Shown one piece after another: positions 1 through 12,150 of a DNA stretch of 64,000 nucleotides. This stretch comes from the human T2T-CHM13v2.0 reference genome, Homo sapiens: NCBI RefSeq assembly GCF_009914755.1, contig NC_060936.1, one strand, 5' to 3'. How positions within the stretch are numbered: the stretch's first letter is position 1; the number at the start of each line of letters is the position of its first letter. The position numbers were made by a program, and so were the translations under genes. A model generated the notes under the pieces. The model had not been told where the DNA came from. It was given only the letters and a program-made list of their open reading frames with translations, and searched no databases.

Positions 1-1436
1 TACTACAGTTTCTATAAGTTTCTGAATGGTAATGACAACTTCTTCCTTCTATACCTCCCTGCTATTACAAGAGTGTCTTCTCAGAAGAGAGTAAAGGAGT
101 TTCCAAAAAGAAGAAAAATACTTATTGGACACCCCCTAGCCAAAATTCAGGTAAACATTTTTCTGGGGCATATGCCATATATATCAGGTTTTCTCTTTGG
201 AAATGCCTCTATCCTTCAATAAAACCTCTCTCCTCTCCGCCATGAAAGTAAAACAAAATAAGGGTGGGTTCTTATCAATTTGAGCCTGAACAATACTTTT
301 ATAGTTGCAAACCCAAACCACATTTGACTACAAAGACATGAACATCATTTACAAATAAAATTTTATTCTGCCATTAAGAAATTTGGTTCATCTTCCAAAG
401 TTTTAACATAAGACAGAGAAATGTGTCTTACACTTTTTAAATATATTTTTTTTTGTAGCAATGGCTAGCTAAATAGCAGAGAAACCAGTGTAGGAGTATC
501 TTTAGTGTATTGGAGTCTTAATAGATTATCTTCATCATTAACATATCTGCAACATTTACATTGTGTTAGTAACCTTAGCATTTATGTGACTTTTTTATTT
601 TTTATAATCTAATTTGAATTCTTCCCACACTGCTGTTATTTGGAGAATGCTTTATTCTCATTGTATGTGTGCTTGAGTGTGTGTGCTTCAAAAGACACAT
701 ACAAGAAAAGATACATCAATATTCTCAGGGTGTTTTTAAACTGAACTCCAAATTCAAGAGATTTATGGTTTAAGTATGAGTACACAGTACATTTTCAAAA
801 AAGCCAACCTTTCATCAAAATCTGTAATAGGTAAGCAAAGAGAAACAAAATCATCTGGCAACAGCGCTACATTTTTCCAACATTTCCCCTCACTATTTTA
901 CATTCCTTTTCCTCCTACAATTTTAAAATCCAAATTTACAGGAAAGCTTTTTGAGAGCACAAAACCACTTCCCAATTATATGCTTGATACTTAAATACCT
1001 AACAACTTATCTAATACTTATTTAAATGAGCCCAATTATGACAATCATTAGCATTTCTCCATTTACTCTTCTCTAATTATAATAGTACAGTACAAAGGTA
1101 GAGACGTAACACAAACGATGCTGAGCAGAGCAATGCAAAGTCATTTATTCACAAGAAGGAGGGAAGGGTCTCTTGGCATATTTACTAACGCAGAGTCAAA
1201 AATGTTTGCCAAAGCAGTGTTTGGAGGTGAGTCTGCAATCATTTTTAAGAGAAAGGAAATTTTGCTCCCCAAAAGGAGAGAAAAAGAGAATAGTCAAAAG
1301 CAAATTTCCTCCAGGGGCTCATTCACGTCTGCTGATTTTTTCCTTTCTAATTAGAAGGCCTTATGCTTGGGCAATCAAAAACACTCAGGCTTAGAGGTAA
1401 AAACTGGACAAAGAAGTAGTAGAGTTATCAGACAAA

Positions 1437-1865
1437 TACAGGTCCCAAACTTACAATAGTGAGACTTCCAATTTTTAGACTTTAAAATTTTTTGAGAGTG
1501 ATATGCATTCAGCAGAACTATACTTCAGATTTTGAATTTTGATCTTTTTTCAGACTAGCGATATCTGGTAGAATACTCTTTCTCCCAATGCTGAATAGCA
1601 TCAACAAGCTGCAGCACCCAGTCAGCCATGCACGGAGGTAAACAACAGGGTTTTGGGATCATAATGAAAAGAAAAAATACACTGTGCAGCCAAACTTGAT
1701 ACCTTCCTGAAGAACACTACTCCTGCTAAACCATCAACAAGTGTTCATAACTCAGTGTTTTCTATCATCTGTTCTCGAGCCTCCCCAGAAAAGAGAGAAA
1801 CTGATGATCCTGCTGCAGTAGCATCCCAGACATCCAGCAATTAATTTTACTTTGTTGCTTCATAT
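1437..1865. mobile_element. Tigger5/MER47-family DNA transposon fragment (TcMar-Tigger)
   Basis: Terminus CAGGTCCCAAACTTACAAT...GCATTCAGCAGAAC..TACTTC, then GAATTTTGATCTTTT...CCAGTCAGCCA..GAGGTAAACAAC and AAGAACACTACTCCTGCTAAACCATCAACAAGTG, resembling the recalled Tigger5/MER47 consensus. Confidence 0.75.
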
Positions 1866-2279
1866 GTTAATAACAATAAAAAGGACTGGATTTCTTCAGG
1901 CTAAATATAGAAACTAGCCAAAGTCACAGGGAAAAGACATCTGACATAAAACCTAAAGAAAATGAAAAGTGCATCTATTCTGAAGCTCATTGTCCTTATT
2001 TCTTCTTCAGATGAAAGAACTGTTTTCAATGTTATATTTGTGTTATGTTATGTTTTATCCCAAGCTTAGCAGATTGAGATAAATCTAATTAACAATGCTT
2101 CTAGGAGTATAACTTGTAGACCACGTGTTTACAAAAGAAGCAAAAGTAGCAGAAGAAAATTGTCCTGGAGGTAACCAATATTAATTAAATTAATTAATTA
2201 ATTCTCATGCTGGCACAGGATTCTATGATTCTGAGAAGTAAACATGTATTTGCCTTAAATATCCCATTTAAATGCCTTC

Positions 2280-2395
2280 TTTTATTCATTCATTCCACAT
2301 TTTACTATGTGCCAATCCCTGATTTAAGGATTGGAGATGGAATGTAGTGTAAGACAGGCATGATCCATGATCTCATTGAGCAAATATTTCATTGG
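2280..2395 (-). mobile_element. L2 3' end fragment (the element continues at 4055-4850)
   Basis: TTCATTCATTC...TACTATGTGCCA...AAGACAGGCATGATCCATGATCTCATTGAGC is the reverse complement of the L2 3' terminus. Confidence 0.6.
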
Positions 2396-2419
2396 AATTA
2401 TAGAATTCAAAAAGTAGAA

Positions 2420-4053
2420 TAGGTACCATATACCTGACATAAAATTTAAATCAAAATGGATAACAGGCCTAAATGTAAGAGCTAAAACTGTAAGATTCTG
2501 ATATGGTTTGTTTCTGTGTCCCCATCCTAAACTCCTGTTGAATTGTAATTTCCAGTGATGGGGGAGGGACCTGGTGGAGGTGACTAGATCATGGGGGCAG
2601 ATTTTTCCCATGCTGTTCTTGTGATAGTGAGTTCTCATGAGATCTGATGGTTTAAAAGAGTGTGGCACTTCCCTACTCACTCTTTCTCTTTCTCTCCTGC
2701 CACCATGTGAAGAAGTTTCTTGCTTTCCCTTCTCCTTCTGCCATGATTGTAAGTTTCCTGAGGTCTCCCAAGAAGCAGAAGCATATACAGCCTGCAGAAC
2801 CATGAGCGAATTGAAACTCTTTTCTTTACAAATTACCCAGTCTCAGGTGGTTCTTCATAGCATTATGAGAACGGACTAAGACAGTCTCAAAAAAACAAAA
2901 CAAAACAAAACAAAAACAAAAAAAAAACCAGGAAAAAGCATCATGACATTGGATTTAGCAAGATTGTTTGGATATGACATCAAAAGCAGAGGCAACAGAA
3001 GAAAAAAATAGGTAATTTGGATTTCCTCAAGGTTAAAAACTTTTGTATGTCAGAGGACAGTATCAACAGAGTGAAAAGACAACCCATAAAATGAGACAAA
3101 ATATTTGCCAATCATATACCTGATAAGGGAATAATATCCAGCATATATAAAGAACTCCTACAACTGAATAACAACAAACCAACCATCCAATTTAAAAACG
3201 GACAAAGACTTGAATAGAGATTTCTTCAAAGAATGTATACAAATGGGTAATAAGAATATAAAAAGATGCTTAACATCACTAATCATTAGAGAAATGCAAA
3301 TCAAAACCACAATAAGATACCACTTCATACATATAAAGGATGGCTATTACCCAAAAAAGGGTAGGGGGTGGGGAATGAATGTTAGTGAGGATGTAGAGAA
3401 ACTGAAATCTTGCTCATTGCTGGAGGGAAGGCAAAATGGTATTGCTACTATGGAAAACAGTATTAAAAATAGAATTACTATGTGATCCAGCAATTTCACA
3501 TCTGGTTATATAACCAAGAGAGTTGGGAGCAAGGACTCAAGCAGTTATCTATACACCTATATTCATAGCAACACTATTCACAATAGCCAAAATGTAAAAG
3601 CTACCCAAGTGTCCACTAACAGATAAATGGATAAATAAAATGTGGTATATACATAAGATGGAATAATATTCAGACATAAAAAAGGAACCAATTCTGACAC
3701 ATGCTACAATATGGATTAACCTTGAGGATTTTAGGCTAAGTGAAATAAGCCAGTTACAAAATGACAAATACCGTATGATTCCATTTATAAGAGGCACTTA
3801 GAGTAGTCAAATTTGTTCATAGAGACAGAAAGTAGAATGGTGGTTGCCAGGAGCTGGGTGAAAGAGAGGAATGGGAAGTTAGTGCTTGGTGGGTGTAGAG
3901 TTATGGGACTGGGAAGCTGAAAAAAGTCATGGAGATGGATAGTCATGATGGTTATACAACAATGTGAATATACTTAATACCATTGAACTGTACACTTAAA
4001 ATGGTTAAAATGGTAAATTTCAGATTATGTACACTTTACCACGGTAAAAACAA
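2420..4053 (+). mobile_element. L1MB-type LINE-1, ORF2 3' part and 3' UTR, interrupted by an MSTA LTR
   Basis: ORF 3210-3485 translates to L1 ORF2p C-terminal residues ([16 protein letters not shown]). The 3' end ACACTTAAAATGGTTAAAATGGTAAATTT...TTTACCAC is typical of L1MB. Confidence 0.9.
2499..2883 (+). mobile_element. MSTA-like MaLR solo LTR
   Basis: Starts TGATATGGTTTG and ends GGACTAAGACA. Internal GAGTTCTCATGAGATCTGATGGTTTAAAAG, CCATGATTGTAAGTTTCCTGAGG and AAATTACCCAGTCTCAGG. Degenerate 5-bp TSD GATTC/GTCTC. Confidence 0.92.
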
Positions 4054-4054
4054 A

Positions 4055-4850
4055 GTATACAAAGATAATTTCAGGCAGTAAGAAGTGCTACAAAGAAACA
4101 TTGTATCACTGAAAGTGACTGGAAGAAGCCCGAAAACTACATTAGAATGAGAGTACTCAGTGGAAATGACATTTGACTGAGGTCTGATTGACAAGAAAGA
4201 ATCAGAAAGGTGAGACCTGGGGGACAAGCATTTGAAGCAGAGAGTATAGCAAATGCAAAGTCCTTGAAGCAGGGATGAGCTCTGCATGTTGAAGAAACAG
4301 AAAAAAGGCACACTAGAGTGGATCCTGGGAATGTAGATAAGGGATGACCTACAAGGGATAGGTAAGATGTGGTAGGCCAGGGAAGGAGCCTAGATTTTCT
4401 TCTAAGGACAATGTAAAACTTGGAGGATTTTTGAGCAGGAGAATTAAGTGATCTAATTTGTTTGTAAAAGATCACTTTGGCCACTGTGTAGGAAATGAAT
4501 CATAAGAGGGCAAGAGTTGAAGCAGATCCATTGGGAGTTGTTCTAACAGTAGGGACGGTGGTGGCTTGGAATAGATGATAGCAGTCATGACAGAGAAAAA
4601 TGGAGGCATTCAACATATGTTTTGAAGGTAAAGCCAACAAATCTTGCTGTTTTCATTATAAATAGGGTAATCATACATTCCCTGTTTCCCTGGGACAGAG
4701 CTGATTTCTGTCTGTTGTCCCAGTGCCCTGTATGGTTAGTATCTCTTTTATTCTCAACAGTATCCCAGTTTGAAGAATAAATCATATGGTTGCCCTAGCT
4801 ATGAAGAACAAAGGAAAAATAAGAATCAAGGGTAACTCCTCAGCTTAAGG
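4055..4850 (-). mobile_element. L2 fragment, interrupted by MER94
   Basis: Purine-rich L2 antisense motifs: GCAAATGCAAAGTCCTTGAAGCAGG, GGATTTTTGAGCAGG, AAAAGATCACTTTGGC, TTTTGAAGGTAAAGCCAACA. Confidence 0.8.
4663..4797 (-). mobile_element. MER94-like hAT-Blackjack MITE
   Basis: Inverted termini TAGGGTAATCATA...TATGGTTGCCCTA with internal GGGACA/TGTCCC motifs, about 135 bp. Confidence 0.75.
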
Positions 4851-5600
4851 CAAATTTGTAGTATTGATGTTTCAAAGATGCACTATTAACAGTATTGTTA
4901 ATGAAGGAAAAACAACAGAACTCCACATTTGTTTTATTCATGAGTCCTTTTTGTCCATAGTCACTTAACAATCTCACATTCCTCTTTCCATCCCAATTCA
5001 GTAGCTATGTAAATGTACTAAAACTTCAGAAGAAAAAAAAAAACAAGGCAAATTGAATTAGCCAACTAAAAGACAGTTCAAGTAATTGATCAAGAAATAC
5101 AAGAGAAAAGGAGCAATTCCCAGGAGACAGCAGCACGTACAGGAGTAGCTCTTAGGCTGTCCCCGGTCCTTCTGCTCAGACAGAGACAAAGAACATGGAA
5201 CCGGGTCTTTGGTCTGCTAACACTGTGGTAGAAGGAGCTTTATCCTGGATCCTGGACCAGGGAAGATTTTATGCTACGAAGAGATAGAAAAGAAGACTCT
5301 CGGGGAAACAGCCCTGTAGAGGGCCTGGACCACATTAAAAAAAAAAAAAAAAAAAGACACTGGAAATTAGTTAGAAAAAAGCATCAAAAATGAAGAAGGC
5401 TATATGAGAATTCTTCCTTTGAAGGAGGATTGTGGCACAGGAATATCTAGCATCTAAAACCAAGAAACATATTTTTCTATCTGGAAGCTGTTATTTCCTG
5501 AGATAACCCTCAAGGAGTGCCAAATACATTATTATTTTGCATTCTGAAAAAAACCACAGGCTGATGTGGCCTGAGAAAATACCTGCTACATATGTTTTTC

Positions 5601-5602
5601 TT

Positions 5603-5633
<31 letters not shown>

Positions 5634-5697
5634 GTGTGTGTGTGTGTGTGCACGCGCGCGCACGCATCTGTCTCACATACACACAAACACACACACA
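5601..5697. repeat. Compound microsatellite (TC)n-(TG)9-(CG/CA)n-(CA)n
   Basis: Directly visible in the sequence. Confidence 0.97.
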
Positions 5698-8600
5698 GTT
5701 CTTATGATACATTATTGCTTTCTTCCTTTATCCAAAGAAGTAGCAGCAATGAAAAAAATCCTCTGAAGTTTGCTTTCATAATTCTGAAGTTCAACAAATA
5801 TCCACAAGGCCAAAATAGAACTTCAGGCCACCCTGAAATAACTGTTAAACGAAATTAACACCAAAGCTTAGTACTAGAACTATCCACGTTTATTAACATT
5901 TGAAAGCAAATTCGTCAAAATTTACACCTCTTGTTACACAATGAACCGATATACTTTTTTAAAGTGATGGGTAATTGACTGGGGACTGTCAGTGAATGTT
6001 ATCTGGGTAAAGAAGAAAATAGATTAGTTGTGTTTCAAAGGGAATTACTGTATGTCACCTGCTACCCATAATTTTCAGGCTATTTTAAGCCTTGGTTTTG
6101 TGACCATCTACATACTATGATTTCGAATATTACCCTAAATAGAAGAACTCTAGTAGTGCCCAGGGACTCAAAGCTGATTTTTTTTAAATTTCAGTAATTG
6201 TTTTTTGTCAGTTGATAGCCCTAGGATATGAAGAGCACCAGGACTTAACTAAAGTCTAAATTCAGCTCTAACATAAAGAAAGAGTGAGAGAAAGGGAGCG
6301 AGCGAGGGAGAGAAAGGATGGGGGAGACAGAGAGAGATACAGAAAGAATACTTTTAGGCCAGCCAAATCTATATTTATGGCAACCTGCCCCAATATTTTA
6401 AATACATATGATTCATGGAAGCATCTGAATGATCTTTTTAAAACCACAGAGCTGAAACAAGTAATTGCTAAAGAGTCATTGGATTAGAAGGCTAGGTGAA
6501 GCCCACTATTTCTTCAGGTTTTCATGATCAACAGCTGCCCCAAACATACTTGATTCCACTTTTGCTTATGCAAATATCATTCATCTTGCCACCAGCATTT
6601 GCTTTAGTCCCTTAACAGAGTTCTTTAATCGTAGTTGTTTCCACAGATCCATCAAATCGCATTCATTATTGTATCCTGGACTCTAAATTAAGCTGAATAA
6701 CACTGAGATGTTATCTTTCACGTGTTATGTGCTACCCAAATATTATCAATTCTCATAAGACTGCCTGAATATTGTGAGCCACACATAGCTACCTCCAGGC
6801 CAATGCAGTGATTGCTCATTTTACCTAACATTAGTCTCCCTTGGTTTTAATTCACGTTCAGATCTTGGCTTTTCCAGTGGATAAAATTTCAACATGATTT
6901 TAAAGTAGTCTCCAGCCTCTAGTCCAGCAGAGTTAAACTCTTGGGGACTTTCTTCAAGAATTTCAATTAATGGACTGAATTGAAAAAGCTTGTCCTATAA
7001 ACAAGTGATGAGCTATATAGGAAATTTGACTCTGAACAAAATGCCTTGGCAGTCATTTACACATCCATAATCTAATAGATGATTTTCAAACTGGACCACA
7101 TATCAAAATTATACTGTAAAATTAAAGAAAAATGTTTCTACTTTAGAAAAATAGGAGCATTTTTTACTGTATGAAGAATGGTGAAGTTTCTAAACAGAAC
7201 AGTTGGCATCACTTTGAGTAGTCTGCTGATTTGGAAAGAGAAAGAGTGCCTCAAGACTGTGAATAAGCCATTTTCCTTTGGCAATCAAGAAATCGTTGGG
7301 GACAGAAATAGAGTCACTACCAATCTTAGCACCAGAGCCTCAAGGTCAACTGAAGAACTAGACTGTTCTCTACCTCTTTCCCACAATCATGTGATTATTC
7401 CCTTTTTGTTCTTGCTGAACATGACAAATATTTTTTCTAAAGAATATATAAACCCTATTGCAGCATTCATTTTCCATGGAAAATATTCTGTTAGAGTAAG
7501 AAGAATGAACAAAAGTATCTCTCTTCTTTGGTTGTTCAGTCCTTTCCAGAAATCTGCCACTTCTGCCAACACATTTCATAAATCCAAGGATAACTAGTTT
7601 GGGCCAAAATTATGTTTTCAATAATTAAGATAGAATGATGCTGGCAAAGCTGAGTTTTTACCTCATATATACAGATACTTATGCCTATTTTCCATTGTTT
7701 TGCCACTTTCAGAGAATTTGAACAAAAGATTTGAATATCCAGACACATTATATATCAAAATTAATCAACAGGTATTTGTTGAGTGCTTCATATGTAGCAA
7801 GCATTTTGCTAGAAACAGGTACCTCCTTTTCTTATCTCAGGTGCCAAGACAAAAAAGTTGGTTTGAAGTCCCAGTCCAAGTTCCAGCTTTTCATCTAAGT
7901 AGTTGTCTGCAGCCATTCCAGTCCACAGTGAATTTTTTCTTTCTCTAAGCAACTATAGCATTTATATCTGTATTTCTTATTTTAATTCAAGGCAGTGAAT
8001 TCCATTTGATGGAATTGATGATGTTAAATAACATCATTGCAGAGCTTGGCACATGCTTTGTATGTAGTAGATATGTATCTACTGTATTAAATACTGTTAA
8101 AATTAAGTATTAAAAATGAATATTTGCTTCCCTCTTTAAGATAATGTCTATACTTAAATACATGGAACTCACTATGTAACATATCTCTAGGTACAGCTCT
8201 TATATTTTTATACCATGCACTTTACAATCTTGTTATCACTAGAGGGGTGAAGAAGAGGAAGGTCACCAAACTACCCATGAAGCTGAGGTGGTAGCAGCTA
8301 GAACATCACAACTGATAGGTCAGTTGATACTCTGAGCCAGTGATTCCAATCTCATACAACAATTTGCCATTTTTATCATTACCCATACCTCCAATGCAAT
8401 CATCTGAAGGTCCTAATTAACCGCCACATCCCCTAGGTGATCCCAGACCCACGATAGTCATTCAGTGATTTGTCAAACTCAAGGTAAAGTGCAAGCTCAA
8501 TCACAATACTGTTTCATAACTGTCTCATATCTGCTCTAGGAAAGATATTTTGAAACACTTTTTGAAGATTTGCTATTAAGTGTTTTTAATAAGCTTCCAA

Positions 8601-8749
8601 AGAAATGTAAAGCATTCTAATTGCTGTCGACAGAGTATCAAGTTGAGTGACATATTCTTTTCAGCTAGTCATTCTTTGGTGTGACACTGAACAATAATAC
8701 TGAACCATTTGAACATTTAAAATTATTTTTAAAAGAATAACTAGTACCC

Positions 8750-9435
8750 ACTGTTAAATCTACCAACCTGTTGGCATCGGTGCCCAAAATTCTACCTTCT
8801 TTCTTGATAATATAGATAACCAGTCTGTGCTCCTAGTTAAGATTAACCCACCATTTGTACACTTGATTCCATCCCCATGTACCTACTCAAGAGCATGGGA
8901 ACCAGCTCTTCTCCACTGGCTCTTACAGGAACAGATTGTCCTATTAAACCACTATATAAAAACATAAATATGCTGTAATTTCTCTTAAATAAAAACTAGT
9001 TTCTTCACCCCACTCCCCCTGTAACTTCATCTTCTATTACCCCATTTCTCTTCAACTATTTCCACCAAACCTCCTTGAAGGAGTTATTTAAATTCCTGTC
9101 TCCAATTTCTAGCCTTTCATTCTCTCTAATCAGGGCTTTGCTCCTGCCAAAACCATTCCTATCAGGGTCACAAATGACCCTCCAGTTTGATAAATCCCAC
9201 AGTCAGTTCTTAGCCTTCATATTCCTTGACATGAATAATCTAAATTCTTTGAAATGTCATCCTCATTTGACTTCTAGAATACCAAACTCATCTGGTTTTC
9301 CTTTCTACTCCTTCTTAGCCTCCTTTACTGGTTCCTGCTCTCCTCTCCAACTTCTAATAACCCCAATGTCTAGAAAAGGATTTGAAATATGGTATATGTC
9401 CAATATGTATTTTGTGAATAAGTGAATGGATAAAT
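8750..9435 (+). mobile_element. L2 fragment including decayed reverse transcriptase sequence
   Basis: ORF 9075-9425 contains DKSHSQFLAFIFLD, resembling L2 RT 'AKSNGQFSVLILLD'. Ends in an L2-type GTGAATAAGTGAATGGATAAAT tail. Confidence 0.8.
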
Positions 9436-9665
9436 CAACCTCATTAACAAACACCTACTATAGTAGATTAGAAGCTGGCTCCAAGGTCAATGATATGATT
9501 TTTTTAACATATCCATCTGCAAAGGAAATATTCTATCAAGGAAAGAAGGGCATAATGTTTAAACTTCTCTAGACAGTTTCAGAGATATGGGCCCTGCAAA
9601 TTATCTTCTCCCAAATCCCATATAATTTTTAAACCATTACAATTAAGTGAATACTCGGCACTTAC

Positions 9666-9826
9666 CATGGTCAGCCATCAGTTTCCAATCAAATTTACAT
9701 ATCAGCGAAGGCTTTATTTGATATAGGAAATTTGCTTTTTAGTCCATTCGCATCTTCTTTATAATCAATACATCAGTCTATTTATGGATTTTTATAGGAT
9801 TTGGTATTCAACTTTATTATTTTAGA
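9666..9826 (-). other. Candidate exon (possibly an alternative first exon) ending ATG|GTAAGT
   Basis: Consensus donor ATG|GTAAGT at 9666/9665 in repeat-free sequence. ATG GCT GAC CAT G lies at the exon end with an in-frame upstream stop. The 5' boundary is uncertain. Confidence 0.25.
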
Positions 9827-10289
9827 CTATTACAGAGAACTTGGCTGTTATAAATTTTCTTTTACAATGCTTTATTGCTGAATCTCTGATTTGTTTGCTT
9901 TTGAGTCATTGGTTAGGAGCACAAACTTGCAACAATATTATTCTTTTAGGAAAATATTAATCTGACATATAGAACCATTTTCAGGAATGCATTGTGATGG
10001 AAAGCAATTTACAAGTTTTTATTGTAAGAGACTCTGTGTACATTCTGTGGGTTTATCAAGGTAATATTAATGATGGAAATGAAGATTTCAAATACATGTA
10101 ATTAAAATAATAAATGCTTAATAGCAAGGTGCAGCACAGACAAAATCTATTGTATATTGGCATTGCTAGAAGTGGCTTTTTAACAAATAGAATTTACACA
10201 TTCAAATGAATTTTCATTTCAAACCGGTTACATATCTTAAAAACAAAGAATCAGCAAGACCCCCTGGGGAAGTCTGTAAATTTTAGCTA

Positions 10290-10770
10290 TAAAAATAATA
10301 ACCACTAGAATTTATACATCCAAACAGGTATTGTTCCCCTCACAGTGATAACCTTGCAAAGCTGCCCCACATTCCAGTGTTGGTGTCATATGCTCAGAAC
10401 ATTTTTGGAACTCCATCTTCAAAAACAGCACCAAAGCCTACATTGCACTCTTTATTGCCCTCAGAGGGCCATGTGTTCATACTTTGAGGGTGTATTCTTT
10501 TAAAAAACAAGACAAAACAAAATTATTCAGTGTTAAGACCAACAAATCAGATAATGATAAAATTGAGTAATACCATCATGAATCCAAAATGAGATTTAAC
10601 TACAAAATAAAAAGTCAAATTTCCTTGTAAAAGATTGCAAATCTGCTCTGAAGGCAAGTCCCAAAGAGGAGGAGATTTAAGTATGTATTGAGCAACTGAA
10701 GCAAGGTTAAAATGAATGTAGCCTCCAGGGTGGCTACTGTGAAGGGTACCAATCACTTTGGTTTTAAATT
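10290..10770. mobile_element. MARNA-like mariner fossil with long imperfect inverted arms
   Basis: TGCTCAGAACATTTTTGGAACTCC and TTTGAGGGTG, plus the inverted copy CTGAAGGCAAGTCCCAAAGAGGAG...TAGCCTCCAGGGTGGCTACTGTGAAGGG. Confidence 0.7.
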
Positions 10771-10941
10771 CAGAAAACTTTGTTTTAAAACTTCTTTTCG
10801 GTGGATATTTTGTAACTTAGGTACCTAAGACACTAGAAGCTAATGTTCCCCATTCTTCTCAGGGTTATGCTTCTCAACTTCAAAAATATCTGTATAATTG
10901 ACTAAGGTAGCTCTTAGCTTTTTATTAAGAAATAATTTTAG

Positions 10942-11228
10942 CCTCACTCCGGAATGGAAAACCAAATATTGTGTGTTCTCACTTATAAGTGGGAGCTAAG
11001 CTATGAGGATGAAAAGGCCTAAGAATGATATAATGGACTTTGGAGACTCAGGTGGGGAGGTTGGGAAGAGGCGGTGAAGGACAAAAGACTACACATTGGG
11101 TAGACTGTACACTGCTCAGATGACGTGTGCAATAAATTCTCAGAAATCACCACTGAAGAACTTACGCATGTAACCAAAAACCACCTGTACCCCAAAACCT
11201 TTGAAATACAAATAAAAATTTTTAAAAA
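10942..11228 (+). mobile_element. 5'-truncated L1PB-type 3' end with a perfect 15-bp TSD
   Basis: GTTCTCACTTATAAGTGGGAGCTAAGCTATGAGGATG...AAAAGACTACACATTGGG...GTAACCAAAAACCACCTGTACCCC plus A tail. TSD AAGAAATAATTTTAG at 10927-10941 and 11229-11243, at a TT|AAGA endonuclease-type site. Confidence 0.93.
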
Positions 11229-11354
11229 AAGAAATAATTTTAGAAAGAAATCAGTTTACCTTTTAAAATTTTAAATGGATAATAACAGAAAAAATATAAA
11301 CCTTAATATCATTCCAAAATTCCTTAATTTACAGATTTGTTTATTTATTTTGGC

Positions 11355-11577
11355 TAACATTGAATGCTTACTCTATTTCAGATACTTCTAAACACATTAA
11401 GCATATTCATTCATTCCATCTTTATAAGAAACTTGTAAGATACATTCTATTACTAGCTTCATTTTACACATAAAAAAAATGAAGTCAGAGAAATTAAGAG
11501 ACTACCAAAAATCACATAGAGCCAGAACAGGAACACAGGCAATTCAATCCAGAGCTGTTCTTTGAACTACTGCACTC
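11355..11577 (-). mobile_element. MIR SINE
   Basis: Core CATTTTACACATAAAAAAAATGAAGTCAGAGAAATTAAG, the reverse complement of the MIR core. Confidence 0.7.
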
Positions 11578-11944
11578 CATTCTGAGAATATTCACCAAAT
11601 TATCAAGACATATTAGAAAAATATATATTACAAAGATAATAAGATATGCAGAAATGAGGAGAAAAGCAACAGTAAAGCATTAGCCATTAACAAATTCTTC
11701 TAAATTGTTCAGTTTTTTAAATGCTAAGAATATTTGTAATTGTATCATTATTCCTGTTTATCTAACCCCAGGCACCAGGCCACTTAGATAAGTCCTTGCT
11801 AGGGAATCTGAGTGACATAGTAAAAGTGTCCTTCGTAGGACACTTACTTATTATTATACGGTCTTAGAAAACTGTCCTACCACATGACACATACAACTAT
11901 AAGAGCATCATAAGAATGCTATGATAAGAGTAAGAAATGCAAGG

Positions 11945-12150
11945 TCTTTGAGCATCAGGCACTGTGCTAGGCACTCAGGCTGCAAGTGAAAGAAGGGATA
12001 TAATTGCCACCCTGCTGGAGTTAATGTCTTAAGGGATAGACAGTCGATTAACAATTAAACAAATAAATACGTGAGTGTTATTCTAATCATGAGAAAAATA
12101 AACATGACACTGTGATAGAGAATAAAGTGGGTGGTTAGGAAAGGTCTAAA
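11945..12150 (-). mobile_element. L2 3' fragment
   Basis: CAGGCACTGTGCTAGGCACT...CCCTGCTGGAGTTAATGTCT...GGTTAGGAAAGGTCT. Confidence 0.65.
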
